A stretch of 64,000 bases of DNA from Octopus vulgaris (GCA_951406725.2 OX597824.1:80352001-80416000), one strand, 5' to 3'; positions 1 to 14,809 are shown, counted from the first letter of the stretch. Program-made: numbers and translations. The notes: generated by a model not told the origin, from the sequence alone.

Positions 1-430
1 TTCGTGCAAAAGTTGGTTTAATCTCTTCTCATCGCACTCAATTGGAAGGCCAGAACGAGGTGCGTCTTTCAGGTCAAAATTTCCATTTTTGAACTTGACA
101 TATCAACCACGAGCAGTTCTTTTTCAGCTATGGCACTCTCTCCATACACAGCAGAAATGTCGAGAACAGCTTTTGCGGCCTTAGAACCTTGATTAAAATC
201 AAAAAGGAGGAGGTATCGAAAATGCTCATTTTTCTTAACTTGGCATTCCATTTTAATTATCTGAAAATAAACAAAAATTAACTAAAATTAACTAGAAATA
301 AAACAAAAACAAAATAGATTCCAAAATGATTCAAAAATAGAATTCTCGAAGAAAGTAGATTCCAAAATTTAAAAGCGCAATAAACTCTAAAATCTAAAAA
401 TGACGGCGGGAACTTAGTTACCAACCCAAT
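1..430 (-). mobile_element. Mariner (Mos1/SETMAR-like) transposon, 5' part, frameshifted, with terminal inverted repeat
   Basis: ORF 69..251 MECQVKKNEHFRYLLLFDFNQGSKAAKA..ISAVYGESAIAE matches the mariner N-terminal HTH. A shifted frame continues KFKNGNFDLKDAPRSG. A TIR-like sequence (minus: attgggttggtaactaagttcccgccgtcattt) lies at ~398-430. Confidence 0.85.
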
Positions 431-497
431 GGTGCCCCAGCATGGCCGCAGTCTAATGGGTGAAACAAGTATGTCTGCCTGTATAAGTGCTGAGTCA

Positions 498-731
498 GTG
501 TGTGTGTGTGTGTGTGTGCGTGTTTGTGTGTGCGTGTGTGCGTGCGTGTGTTTGCGTGTAGGTACAAATGTATATCAGTGTGTACACGTTGCGTTTAGTG
601 TGAGTATACGTCATATGAATACTTGCTTGTATATGAGCCTGAGTGTGCATATGTATGTGCGTGTATTGTGTAAGTAGTATGTGTGTGTATGTGTGTGTGT
701 ATGTGTGTGTGCATGTGTGTATGTGTATGGG

Positions 732-775
<44 letters not shown>

Positions 776-807
776 TGTGTGTGTGTGTGTGTGTATGTGT
801 GTAAGTA

Positions 808-838
<31 letters not shown>

Positions 839-993
839 GTGTATGTGTGTAAGTAGTATGTGTGTGTGTGTGTATGTGTATGTGTGTTTGTGTATGTGTG
901 TGTGTATGTGTGTATGTGTGTGTGTATGTGTGTATGTGTATGTGTGTGTGTATGTGTGTGTGTGTATGTGTGTGTATGTGTATGTGTGTGTGT

Positions 994-1038
<45 letters not shown>

Positions 1039-1066
1039 GTATGTGTGTGTATGTGTGTGTGTGTGT

Positions 1067-1104
<38 letters not shown>

Positions 1105-1164
1105 GTAGTATGTGTGTTTGTGTATGTGTGTGCGTATGTGTGTATGTGTGTATGTGTGTATGTG

Positions 1165-1197
<33 letters not shown>
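498..1197. repeat. (TG)n/(TGTA)n microsatellite
   Basis: Seen directly; explains the HT/CV ORFs. Confidence 0.95.
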
Positions 1198-1509
1198 AAC
1201 TGGGAGATGAAACTGGAAGATGAACGAGCGAAAGGTGTTAAACTTTTCACCTAACATGAAAGACTGAACAATGCCGACTTACGTGTCCTATCGAGACCGG
1301 TTTACTGTTACTGAAAGGTCCACAGGGAATTAGAAGCATCAATACGGCTAATGAATATGTCACATGTGAATAGGAACACATCAAGCCAGCGTTGGCACTA
1401 CGGATTTGGAAACAACAACAAAAACAACAACAACAACAACTACTACTACTACTACTAAAAATTATTAATACAATCATTATCAATAATAATAATAATAATA
1501 ATAATAATC

Positions 1510-1727
1510 GTTTCTACTTAAAGGCACAAGGCCTGAAATTTTGCGGACGGGGGACAGACAGTCGATGACGTCGACCCTAAAACCGGTACTTAATTTATGG
1601 ACCCCGTAAGGTTGAAAGGCAAAGTCGACCTCGGCGGAATTTGAACTCATAACGAGCGTGCTAACGATTCTGTAAGCTCGCCAACTTAATAATAATAATG
1701 ATGATGATAATAATAGTAATAATAATG

Positions 1728-1821
<94 letters not shown>

Positions 1822-2020
1822 TTTCAAATTTTACCACAAGGGTAGCCATTTTGGGAGATGGAATGAGTCGATTACATCGGCCCCAGTGTTACACTGGTAC
1901 TAAATTTATCGACCCCAGATTTATCGACCTCAGCGGAATTTGAACTTAGAATGTAGCGTCGGGCGAAATGACGCTGAGCATTTCATCCAGTGTGCTAAAT
2001 CCTGCCAGTTCGCCACCTTA
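1510..2020 (-). mobile_element. Two degenerate SINE family C copies separated by (AAT)n
   Basis: gaaaggcaaagtcgacctcggcggaatttgaactc motif at ~1615 and a related motif at ~1925. Confidence 0.7.
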
Positions 2021-2044
2021 AAAATAATAATGGTAATAATAATG

Positions 2045-2072
<28 letters not shown>

Positions 2073-2076
<4 letters not shown>

Positions 2077-2625
2077 GATGCAGTACCAGGCAGTGGCTCT
2101 CATGGCTTCTGATCTTAACTGATTGGAAGTGTTATCATGTACATTGTTTTGTCTTGGTATAAAAGATGGGCTACAGCAAATATTCTGCTCAATACCACAG
2201 ATTTGCTTGTCAGTTGTTTGACCTTAACCAGTTGAGCATGTCCCTTAGTGGCTGACGATATGTGCATCTCTGACCATGAGCAGAAATAGTGGGGGAGCAT
2301 CATAGCCATGTGTTGAGAGGGATTCTTTGAGGTTTGAATAATTCACCTCTGGAAACATGGGTGGTTCTTTCAACATCCTTAAACAACCCTTATTCAGGGA
2401 CCGTTTGAGCGGGATGGGCTACTCAACCTGAAGAAAATTCTAAGTGGGCCCCACCTGCAAGGTCATGTGCTGTTTATCTTGATATGAGATCACCATGTCG
2501 CGCACATATGGTTGTGATGCATGTGCCTGGTGTACCTTTATCAGACGGGTAGTCATGATGGGTATATTGGGCTTCGTATATTTTTCCCCAGTGTCACTTT
2601 GATGGCATGAACTGCTCTCTCACTC
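2073..2625 (+). mobile_element. ~550-bp non-coding repeat embedded in (AAT)n (family D, copy 1)
   Basis: Flanked by (AAT)n on both sides; a second diverged copy starts at ~2731. Confidence 0.65.
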
Positions 2626-2707
<82 letters not shown>

Positions 2708-2730
2708 GTAATAATAATGATAATAATAAT

Positions 2731-3440
2731 CGGTATTGGCTCTCATGACTTCCGATCTTAACTGATTTGAAGTGTTATCATGTATATTGTTCTGCTCAAT
2801 ACCTATTTCTTTACTACCCACAAGGGGCTAAACACAGAGGGGACAAACAAGGACAGACAAACGCATTAAGTCGATCACATCGACCCCAGTGCGTAACTGG
2901 TACTTAATTTATCAACCCCGAAAGGATGAAAGGCAAAGTCGACCTCGGCGGAATTTGAACTCAGAACGTAACGACAGACGAAATACGGCTACGCATTTCG
3001 CCCGGCGTGCTAATGTTTCTGCCAGGTCAGTTGCTTGACCATAACCAGCTGAACATGACCATTAGTCGCTGACCATTTGTGCATCTCTGATCGCGAGCAG
3101 AAGTAGTTTAGGGAGCATCATAGCCATGTATCAAAAGGAATTCTTTGGGGTTTGAATATTTCACCTCTGGAAACAAGGGTGTTTCATTCAACATACTTAA
3201 ACAATCCTTATTTAGAGACCTTTTGAGAGAGATGTGCTACTCGACATGAAGAAAAAAATTGTAACAGGGCTGAAGGTCATGCACTGTTTATCTTGATATG
3301 AGATCACCATGTCGCGCACATATGGTTGTGATGCATGTGCCTGGTGTACCTTTATCAGACGGGTAGTCATGATGGGTTTACTGGGCTTCGTATATTTTAC
3401 CCCAGTGTCACTTTGATGGCATGCACTGCTCTCTCACTCA
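2731..3440 (+). mobile_element. Family D copy 2, interrupted by a SINE C
   Basis: tggctctcatg..gatcttaactgatt start; the 3' part gtttatcttgatatgagatcaccatgtcgcgc..ctctctcactc(aat)n is shared with copy 1. Confidence 0.65.
2800..3025 (-). mobile_element. SINE family C
   Basis: Matches the other C copies; minus-strand B-box gagttcaaattcc. Confidence 0.85.
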
Positions 3441-3525
3441 ATAATAATGATGATAATAATAATAATAATAACAACAACAACAACAACAACAACAATAATC
3501 TCTTCTAGTTTAGGCACAAGACCTA

Positions 3526-3581
<56 letters not shown>

Positions 3582-3828
3582 GAAGGACAGTTGGGCTGGT
3601 AGAATCGTTAGCAGACTGGACGAAATGCTTAGCGGTATTTCGACCGCAACTACGTTCTGAGTTCAGATTCCGTCGAGATTCACTTTGCCTTTCATCTTTT
3701 TGGGGTCGATAAAGTAAGTACCAGTTGAAAATTTGGGTCGATGTAATCGCCTAAGTCCCTGCCCCCTCCAATTTCAGGACTTGTGCCTATAATAGAAAAA
3801 TTTATTATTATTATTTTCATTATATAAT

Positions 3829-3969
3829 GCTTACGAACCTCATGGTTCCGGGTTCAGTCCCACTGCGTGGCACCTTAGGCAAGAGTCTTCTACTATAGCC
3901 TCGGTCCGGCCAAAGCTTTGTGAGTGGATTTGGTAGACGGAAACTGAAAGAAGCCCGTCTAACAAATGC

Positions 3970-4056
<87 letters not shown>

Positions 4057-4290
4057 CGCGCTTGTGTGTGTGTATGTGTGTGTGTGTGTTTGTGTGTCTG
4101 TGTTTGTCTCCCCAACCGATGCTGGTGTGTTTGCGTATCGCGTAACTTAGCGGTTCGGCAAAAGGTAGCGATAGAATAAGTACTAGGCTTACAAAGAATA
4201 AATCCTGTGGTTGATTTTGCTCGACTAAAGGCGGTGCTCTAGCATGGCCACAGTCAAATGAAATGAAACAAGTAAAAGAATAAAAGAATA
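3829..4290 (+). mobile_element. SINE family B (tRNA head, CORE-like box, internal microsatellite)
   Basis: gggttcagtccc B-box, gtggcacctt(g/a)ggcaag CORE-like motif, internal (TA)/(TG), gtaaaaga tail. Confidence 0.85.
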
Positions 4291-4334
4291 TTGCATTCAA
4301 AAGATGCCTGAAAATATTTTTTATTAGATACTCT

Positions 4335-4559
4335 CTTGTTTTACTCTTTTACTTGTTTCAGTCATTTGACTGCGGCCATGCTGGAGCACCGCCTTTAGTC
4401 GAGCAAATCGACCCCGGAACTTATTCTTTGTAAGCCCAGTACTTATTCTATCGGTCTCTTTTGCCGAACCGCTAAGTGACGGGGACGTAAACACACCAGC
4501 ATCGGTTGTCAAGCAATGCTAGGGGGACAAACACAGACACACAGACATATACACACACA

Positions 4560-4616
<57 letters not shown>

Positions 4617-4783
4617 ACATATATACGACAGGCTTCTTTCAGTTTCCGTCTACCAAATCCACTCACAAGGCATTGGTCGGCCCGGGGCTATAGCAGAAGA
4701 CACTTGCCCAAGATGCCACGCAGTGGGACTGAACCCGGAACCATGTGGTTGGTTAGCAAGCTACTTACCACACAGCCACTCCT
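4335..4783 (-). mobile_element. SINE family B, full length
   Basis: Reverse complement of the family B consensus seen at 59184-59635. Confidence 0.9.
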
Positions 4784-5183
4784 AAGTTCGCTGTAAATTA
4801 CGATAGAACTATTTCTTCAGAACTGATGTAAGAAGTTCTGAAAATACGGATATAAGCTGCTATTTCTAACAAATGACGGGCGACGAGGCGTTGTTCTTCA
4901 GTGTTTCGATAAGAACGTTATTTTGTCAACGTTTGCAAGTTTACTGATGTAAGGGAGATAACTCTCACAGATTGTTATAAGCGCATCGTCTGTGTTTGGC
5001 AATGCGTGTGTGCTTGGTTGTGTTTGTGTGTTTGTGTTTATGTGTGTGTGTGTGTATGTGTGTGTGTCTTTTTGTATGCGTGTGTTATGTGTATGCGTGT
5101 GTCATGTGTAAGCGTATATGTATGTGTATGTATGTAAACGGAGGCTGCAGCCTTATGAGTGTGAATAGTTCTAAAAAGAAACG

Positions 5184-5263
<80 letters not shown>

Positions 5264-5434
5264 GAGGATGGGATGGGTGACGTGCGAGAAAGATAAAAAT
5301 GAAATTATTGAAGATAGGAAACAAGAAAGAGCGATGGTTTATCAAGTGGTATAGAGATAGCAACTGGAATATAATTGCTGAATACAACTCTCCCCTCACA
5401 CACACACACTTACTCGTGATACCCACAATTACAA

Positions 5435-5569
<135 letters not shown>

Positions 5570-5617
5570 TGTATGTATGTATATATGTAGGTAAGTATAT
5601 AAATGTATATGTATATA

Positions 5618-5820
5618 TATTTCTTTACTGCCCACAAGGGGCTAAACATAGAGGGGACAAACAAGGACAGACAATGGTATTAAGTCGATTACATCGACCC
5701 CAGTTGGAAACTGGTACTTTATTTATCGACCCCGAAAGGATGAAAGGCAAAGTCGACCTCGGCGGAATTTGAACTCAGAACGTAACGACAGACGAAATAC
5801 GGCTACGCATTTCGCCCGGC
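5618..5820 (-). mobile_element. SINE family C (head truncated)
   Basis: Shared sequence with other C copies. Confidence 0.85.
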
Positions 5821-5864
5821 GAAATATATATGTATGTATGTAGGTAGGTAGGTATATATATACG

Positions 5865-5923
<59 letters not shown>

Positions 5924-5961
5924 ATATGTATATATATATATTTATATATATATACATATAT

Positions 5962-6130
5962 ATACGACGGGTTTCTTTCAGCTTCCGTCTACCAAATCCA
6001 TTCACAAGGGTTTGGTCAGTCCGAGACTATAGTAGGAGACACTTGCCCAAGGTCCTGCGCAGTGGAACTGAATCCGGAATCACGTGTTCCGGTAGCAAGC
6101 TACTTACCACACAGCCACACCTACACCTAT
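5962..6130 (-). mobile_element. SINE family B head fragment
   Basis: ccgtctaccaaatcca..acttgcccaagg..ctacttaccacacagccac. Confidence 0.8.
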
Positions 6131-6146
6131 GTATACATACATACAT

Positions 6147-6214
<68 letters not shown>

Positions 6215-6411
6215 TGTTGTATTTCGGAACTGTTGTACTGTTGACACAAGAATGCGCATATCTGTCATTTTGCAAGTTTAGCCAATAAAAACACACGCAC
6301 TATATACTTGGTGTTACTTTGCTTCAGCGTTATTTTTTTTTTACATTAATCTTAATCTTATTTCGGCTAGAGTTTCAAAACACGATTTCGCATAAAAAAT
6401 CTTGCAAAAGA

Positions 6412-6448
<37 letters not shown>

Positions 6449-6599
6449 GTATATAAATATATCCATACATGCATATATGTATATTTATGCATATATAAAC
6501 GCACGCGTGCGTGCACACACATACGCAGATATACATACATGTATGAAGTGTATTTGTGTATGTGTGTATCTAAATTTATGCCATGTCTATGTGTATATG

Positions 6600-7080
6600 T
6601 AACCAGATTGGTCCGCTAATGGACCAAAATGGATTATACACTAATGATTCTTCACAGATATGCGCATTCTTGTGTCAACAGTACAACAGTGCGATCTCTC
6701 AACCTATGATTGACAAAATTGTGCATAATCCAAAGGATTCAACACCATAGACATGTCTACAGATTTTAGATATTATGGAGGAAAACAGTTACAGCTATTA
6801 ATGATCTAGATTCAAATGCCGCACCAAGACCAGCCATACTATTGAAAACTTACAAAAAAAAGCCTCGCCAAGCCATTAAATTTGTTATTTCACACGTCGC
6901 TTCAAACCGACAGATTCCCCGAACTATCAAAAGGAGCAACAGTGATATCTATCCATAAAGAAGGAAGCAGGGCTGAAGCTAAAAATTACAGACGTGTTTC
7001 TCTCACATCTCACACATCGAAAATTGTAGAACGCATTGTCCGAAAAAGAATAACTGCATACTTTGAGGAAAACAATCACA
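6600..7080 (+). mobile_element. Decayed LINE ORF2 fragment (N-terminal RT region, CR1/L2/jockey group)
   Basis: LLFHTSLQTDRFPELSKGATVISIHKEGSRAEAKNYRRVSLTSHTSKIVERIVRKRI resembles the conserved P..WK.A.V.PI.K.G......NYRPISLTS...K..E motif. Confidence 0.85.
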
Positions 7081-7149
7081 GGGAAGAATATCGATTTGCA
7101 ACATCGATATACTTCCCTGTGTTTGTGAAATTTATGTATCTCTGCCGTA

Positions 7150-7525
7150 AGGCTTCATTTCTACACACGCCAGCTTAATTCAATTCGTCCCCAGTCGAAA
7201 GACACCTGTTGTTATGTCCTGTTATTATTAATTTTTTGTAATTAAATTTGTGTAACATCGTCTGTTTTTCCGCCCTTGTTTTTGTATACATTCGATGCTT
7301 TCTTCCAAGGAATCTAATGCTCTTAGCTTAGTTTTTCCTTGGGGATGGCCAGATTGGAGCAATCTCAAGATTAATCAGCCGAAATTGCGAGGATGATCAG
7401 GTTCTTGACTGAGGATAGAAAGCTTCAAACGACCCGTCCTTGTGTTTTCATGCCCCATTTTGTATCGTCTAACTGTCAGGATGTTTTGTTGCCTGTTGCG
7501 TTGTTGTCCTATTTTTGTATTCTTA
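7150..7525 (+). repeat. Dispersed repeat; homologous inverted copy at 49503-49703
   Basis: ttccttggggatggccagattggagcaatctc..gaaattgcgaggatgatcagg matches the reverse complement of 49635-49703. Confidence 0.7.
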
Positions 7526-7528
7526 TAT

Positions 7529-7624
<96 letters not shown>

Positions 7625-7625
7625 C

Positions 7626-7686
<61 letters not shown>

Positions 7687-7775
7687 CACACATATATTAT
7701 ATTTTGTGAAATTTGATTTAGTATTTCTAAATTGAATTTTTCCCTGTAAGTTTGGAATAATGTTAACTCTTATTA

Positions 7776-7873
<98 letters not shown>

Positions 7874-7874
7874 C

Positions 7875-7923
<49 letters not shown>

Positions 7924-8537
7924 GTCTATTTATATATATATATATATATATATCTGTATTAGTGTGCTTACGCGTATAAATATGTATACACGCCTATATA
8001 TATTGAAACATATATACATACATATATAGATACAGACATACATACATACACTGAGCCACACATACTTGCTCATATCTGAAAACTTTATAATTCCAGTACA
8101 ACTATACCGCAAGAATAAGTGACGCAACAATATCCAGAGGTGAATGTATTCTATTTAAAATGATTCTTTTCGTCTGGGGCCTCTTCTTAGCTAATGTTCG
8201 ACTTTACTACAATAATGATTCCCCAAAACAATAACACAAAGAATTACTTGAGAACTAATACGTTCAACAGAAAGTGTTTAGAAAAAATAATTCTTCGTGT
8301 GAGAGATAAGACAAGAATGAAAGCGATTATCTACCTGCGGGTTATTTCGATATATGGTTTCTGGCTGAGATTTTTATTAACGATGATTCTTATAAGTTAA
8401 AATTATAATTTTTTTTCTTCTTTTCGGTTACCGTCATAATCAAGTGGTAACATTGAATCGGGTGATCATGATATAAACGCATCTCTCTCTCTCTATTTTT
8501 CTCTCTCTCTGTCTCCTCTTTATCTGCCTATCTTTCT

Positions 8538-8603
<66 letters not shown>

Positions 8604-8604
8604 A

Positions 8605-8666
<62 letters not shown>

Positions 8667-8668
8667 TA

Positions 8669-8716
<48 letters not shown>

Positions 8717-8854
8717 TAAATTAGAGATAAAACCACTATTAGGCAAATCATACAATGAAAAACTTAAGCCAATACATAGGATTAATTTATATTATTTTAA
8801 ATATATATCAAAATTATTAAAAAAAGATAATTAGTATAACACTACGATCGTTTC

Positions 8855-8896
<42 letters not shown>

Positions 8897-9119
8897 AGTA
8901 AATACATATGGGAGTTTACTTTTATATATACATAGACACATACATATATGTTAATGTATATATCCTTGAGACATATATGAACAGACACACGCACACACAT
9001 ACACTCATATATAATGAAAAACAGAAGCGCAGGAAGAGAGAGAGAGAAAGAGAAGGAAAGATTGGGATGGGAACGAAATCGACAGAGAGAGATCGACAAA
9101 TTTGCATATATATATATAT

Positions 9120-9168
<49 letters not shown>

Positions 9169-9970
9169 CATATATATACATATATATATACATACATATA
9201 TATGCATAGATATATGTGTGTATGTATGTATGCATACATACATATATGTGCGTGTATATATACATATGTATATATATATATATACACATATATATATGCA
9301 CATATGTATGTTTATATTTATATATAGATATATATTTATTTATACACGTGCATATATATACATATATAATTATACACAGATAATGCACACACACACACAC
9401 ATACACGCATACACACACATACAAGACAGAGGTAGGCGTTTTGTTTACGCGGCGTGTGCGTTGCTCTTTAAGGGCATGTAAATATAATGTCAACTATCGT
9501 TGTCTTCATAAGTCTGAGACTTGTTGCCAGAAGCAACAGACAGGAGACGCTCAAACGAAATATGTAGATTCAAAGAATATACAATGACAAACCAACTATA
9601 AAAATGTAACAGACAAAACTACGCGAAGCATGAGAGGGTGAGAAAGAAGGAAGAAAAAAAAGAAAGAAACAAAGAAAGAAACAAAGAGAGGATGGAATGG
9701 GCGCAGCATTCAAAGACGTTCACATTAGAAGTTGGTGGCTTGAACAACATCGATGGCGTCGACAAGGATGAAACCAAGAACAACAGCGAAATAATGGTTA
9801 CTGATTTGGCCAGAACTTGTGTGGTACTTATTTTATCAGCACCACCGAAATGATTTAAAGCCAAGTGAACCTTGATTTACTTAGAACTGAGAACGTATTT
9901 AATCGGAAGAAACGACGTTAAACATGTTGTCCAATGCTCTAACGATTCTGCTAAGTTATCGTCTTCAGCA

Positions 9971-10128
9971 AGAGTGGCTGTGTGGTAAGTAGCTTGTTTA
10001 GCAACCACATGGTTCCGGGTTCAGTCCCACTGCGTGGCACCTGGGCAAGTGTCTTCTACTATAGCCTCGGGCCGACCAAAGCCTTGTGAGTGGATTTGGT
10101 AGACGGAAACTGAAAGAAGCCCGTCGTA

Positions 10129-10193
<65 letters not shown>

Positions 10194-10420
10194 GTATGTG
10201 TGCGTGTATGTTTGTATGTCTGTGTTTGTCCCATCCAAGATCGCTTGACAACCGATGCTGGTGTGTTTATGTCCCCGTCACTTAGCGGTTCGGCAAAATA
10301 GACCGATAGAATAAGTACTGGGCTAACAACGAATAAGTTCCGGGGTCGAGTTGCTCGGCTAAAGGCCGTGCTCCAGCATGACCGCAGTCAGATAACTGAA
10401 ACAAGTAAAAGAGAAGAGAG
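9971..10420 (+). mobile_element. SINE family B, full length
   Basis: gagtggctgtgtggtaag A-box, B-box, CORE-like box, internal (TA)n. Confidence 0.9.
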
Positions 10421-10804
10421 CAGCGAAATAATGGTTTCTAACTTTTGGCGCAATGCCAGCACTTTTCAGGGAATGAGAAAGGTGATAGTATCGACTTCAG
10501 TACTTGATTGGTACTTTATTTTATTGACACTGAAATGATGAAGGACAGAATTGACATGAATAGGAAATGAGTTCAGCAAGAAAGAGTCGGAAGAAATGTC
10601 GCAAATATTTTGTAGAAGGCGCTGGCTATGTTGCTAGCTCGCCAGCTTCTGCAGCGATATTATATTGATGTGAAATTTGGCACAAGCCCAGTAATTTCAG
10701 GGAAGGGGGTTAAGTCCACTAAATCGATTCCAATACTCAAACGGTACTTATTTTATCGACCCCGAAGTGATAGAAAGCAAAATCTCTCTCTCTTTCTCTC
10801 TCTC

Positions 10805-11190
10805 TCTGTTACTTGTTTCAGACATTTGACTGTGGCCATGCTGGAGCACCGCCTTTAGTTAAGCAAATCGAACTCAGGACTTATTCCTTGTAAGCCTAGT
10901 ACTTATTCTATCGGTCTTTTTTGCCGAACCGCTAAGTTATGGGGATGTAAACACACCAGGATCGGTTGTCAAGTGATGTTGGGAGGACAAACACACACAT
11001 ACACATACATATATACATATATACGACGGACTTCTTTCAGTTTCCATCTACCAAATCCACTACCAAGGCTTTGGTCGGCCCAAGGCTATAGTAGAAGACA
11101 CTTGACCAAGGTGGCACGCAGTGGTAATGAACCCGGAACCATGTGGTTCGTAAGCAAGCTACTTATCACACAGCCACTCCTACGCCTATG
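10805..11190 (-). mobile_element. SINE family B
   Basis: Reverse complement of the consensus. Confidence 0.9.
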
Positions 11191-11254
11191 TGTATTTTAA
11201 ACTCAAAACATAAAGACGAACAAAATGCCGCTTAGCAAACAAACTACGTATTTC

Positions 11255-11659
11255 TATTTCTTTACTACCCACAAGGGGCTAAACACAGAGAGGACAAACA
11301 AGAACAGACAAACGGATTAAGTCGATTACATCGACTCCAGTGCATAACTAGTACTTATTTAATCGACCCCGAAAGGATGAAACCTCGGCGGAATTTGAAC
11401 TCAGAACGTAACGGCAAACGAAATACCTATTTCTTTACTACCCACAAGGGACTAAACACAGAGAGGACAAACAAGGACAGACAAACGGATTAAGTCAATT
11501 ACATCGATTCCAGTGCGTAACTGGTACTTATTTAATCGACCCCGAAAGGATGAAAGGCAAAGTCGACCTCAGCGGAATTAGAACTTAGAATGTAACGGCA
11601 GACGAAATACCGCTAAGCTTTCGCCCGGCGTGCTAACGTTTCTGCCAGCTCGCCGCCTT
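11255..11659 (-). mobile_element. SINE family C, tandem dimer
   Basis: ~175-bp body twice, single head (gccagctcgccgcctt). Confidence 0.9.
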
Positions 11660-12107
11660 TGTGGCTGAACTTTCTAGCGATCTATGTGCGTGTGTCTTTG
11701 TGTCTCTGTTTGTCCATCCATCACCACTTGAAAACCGGTGTTGGTGTGTCTACGACCCCGTAACTTTGCGATTCGGCAAGAGAGATTGATAGCTTCAATA
11801 TAATAGCTTCGGTCATTGAGGTGCAGCCATACTGGAGTATTACATTGAAGGGATTTTGTCGAATAGATCGATCCTCCAATACCTATATGTTTTAAAAACC
11901 TGGTACTTATTCAAACGGCTTCTTTTGCCTCACCGCCAAATTATGGGGATGTAAACAAACCAACACCAGTTGTCCAGCGCAACAAATATGGACACAAAAA
12001 CAACACACAGACACACATAAACTCTCTCACACACATACACGAGGGATTCCACACAGTTTCTGTCTACCAAATTCGCTCACTAGACATTGGTCGGCCGGAC
12101 GCTGTAA

Positions 12108-12533
12108 TAAGGCGGCAAGCTGGCAGAAACGTTAGCACGCCGGGCGAAGTGCTTCGCGGTATTTCGTCTGCCGCAACCTTCTGAGTTCAAATTCCGCCAG
12201 GGTCGACTTTGCCTTTCATCCTTTCGGAGTCGATTAAATAAGTACCAGTTACGCACTGGAGTTGATGTAATCGACTTAATCCATTTATGTGTCCTTGTTT
12301 GTCCTCTCTGTGTTTAGCCCCTTGTGGGTAGTAAAGAAATAGAAATAGGTATTTCGTCTGCCGTTACGGTCTGAGTTCAAATTCCACCGAGGTCGACTTT
12401 GCCTTTCATCCTTTCGGGGTCGATTAAATAAGTACTAGTTACGCACTGGAGTCGATATAATCGACTTCATCCGTTTGCCTGTCTTTGTTTGTCCTCTCTG
12501 TGTTTAGCCTCTTGTGGGCAATAAAGAAATAAG
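12108..12533 (+). mobile_element. SINE family C, tandem dimer
   Basis: aaggcggcaagctggcagaaacgttag head followed by two bodies. Confidence 0.9.
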
Positions 12534-13471
12534 AAGGTACTTGCACAAAGCTTTGCACAGTGGGATTAAATTCAAAATCACATGGCTGTAAAGAGAGCTT
12601 CTTAACCATTCAGCTACGTCCAAGCGTGCAAAGCATATGTAACTCGTCTTAATTAAAGAAAGATTGCTGTGAAAATACGGGATGGTCACGGCTGGTATTG
12701 CCTTCGCTGTTAGATCAATTTGGTCATGGTTAACCTTGAGCTAAATAATAATGAAACAACGACAATAACATGAAAAACATTATCACGATAGAAACAGCAT
12801 CAGTAAATGATGGTGGAATGCAACAGACACACGTTTACACCCCAGGACAACAGCCGAGAAAATGAACAGAAATAGCAACAACAGCAATCATAGCAGTAAC
12901 AAAATAAACACCGATAGCAACAAGAAAGAATAGCAACGACAGTCGATGATATAAGCAATTTGTAACATTAACAACGACACAACGAAACAATTGCAACCGT
13001 GTAGAAACAAGATCAAGGAAAAATAGCAACAATAGAGACATCAACACCTTCAACGAACAATAGCAACAACAGTGTTAGCAACTGAAGGAAGATTAAAAAC
13101 ATAAAGTGCGGCAATCTATCTATCAATCTATCTACCTGCCTGCCTGCCTATCTGTCTGTCTGTCTGTCCAGCTCCTTGTTTATTAAAACTGTTTTTTCCC
13201 TATCAAAGAAAAGAGAAGACAATTTTAAGAAGGCGCTGCTTAGCACCCCATTTTGATAGGAGTGTACAATCTGTTAATCTATCCCCCACAATCTGTTGTG
13301 GCTCAGTTCCTCCCTATCTTTCTTTTCTTAGTTTCACTGTTGGAAGTAATTTCTGGGGTTTTCTTTTTTTCTTTTATTCGGCAATTAAATCGTTTTTACT
13401 TTTCATATTTTTCTCTCTTTTCTTCCTAGAAACATATATTGCCAAATAAAGATGTATACTCATAATTAAAA

Positions 13472-13603
<132 letters not shown>

Positions 13604-14249
13604 AGAATTAAATTCATACAAAATTAAATTTTTATAGCCTAAGTAAAACTTGATAGTTATTAGCAGGAAACCGTGACCATCAACAATGATAATGATGAGG
13701 GTGAGGACGACGATTATGATGATGATGAGAGCTGGAGGTGAAAGATGAGAACAAAAATGATGAGCATGTGACGACAATTCCAAAATGACAGAAGAACAAG
13801 AGAATAAAGCACTAGCATGACTGTATGTTGGTGAAGCATTTTTTTTATTCCCCGTATCGTATTGCATAAGTCAAATACGTTTCATACAAAAGAGAAATAT
13901 TTGAAGAGCGTTTAAGGCCTTCAGTCAGAGCTAAAGGTTAGAGCAGGTCAACAGATAGTGAAATTATATATCATGCTGGATGAACAATAAATTACTTCGA
14001 AGACTCTCTTGAGGACCAGGAGGTAGCAACATATATCATTATACCTGGATGTATGTGTGTTATATAGGTGTCTACAAATGTATGTATGTATGTATATATA
14101 TTGTGTATGCATATATACATACATCTAGTTCTGTCAAGGCTCTCATATTCTATACACATTATATTTTTAAATATACATATGTATTCTTTTATTCTTTTAC
14201 AGGTTTCAGCCTTGAGGCTTTGGCCACGTTGGGGCACCGCATGTATATA

Positions 14250-14641
14250 CTCTTTTACTCTTTTACTTGTTTCAGTCATTTGACTGCGGCCATGCTGGAG
14301 CACCGCTTTTAGTCGAGCAAATCGACCCGAGACTTATTCTTTGTAAGCCCAGTACTATTCTATCGGTCTCTTTTGCCGAACCGCTAAGTTACGGGGACGT
14401 AAACACACCAGCATCGGTTGTCAAGCAATGCTAGGGGGACAAACACACACACATACACACACACATATATATATACATATATACGACAGGCTTCTTTCAG
14501 TTTCCGTCTACCAAATCCACTCACAAGGCATTGGTCGGCCCGAGGCTATAGCAGAAGACACTTGCCCAAGATGCCACGCAGTGGGACTGAACCCGGAACC
14601 ATGTGGTTGGTTAGCAAGCTACTTACCACACAGCCACTCCT
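14250..14641 (-). mobile_element. SINE family B, full length
   Basis: Reverse complement of the consensus. Confidence 0.9.
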
Positions 14642-14809
14642 ATATATACATACATGTTATGGCCGGATAACTGAAGAGATAGAGTTTACACCAATAGCGT
14701 TTCCCTTCTGCAAGCTCACCATAAATTAGCTGTTTCGGCATGCGTTCATCTGCCATTCGAACAATATGGCCTTACCATCTCAAATGGTTCCTCAAAATCA
14801 TAGCCTTAA

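Noticed and set aside
7405-7445. Hammerhead-like CTGAGGA..AAAC..GTC
   Set aside because: There is no GAAA box and no convincing stems I or II; the homologue at ~49600 does not restore them.
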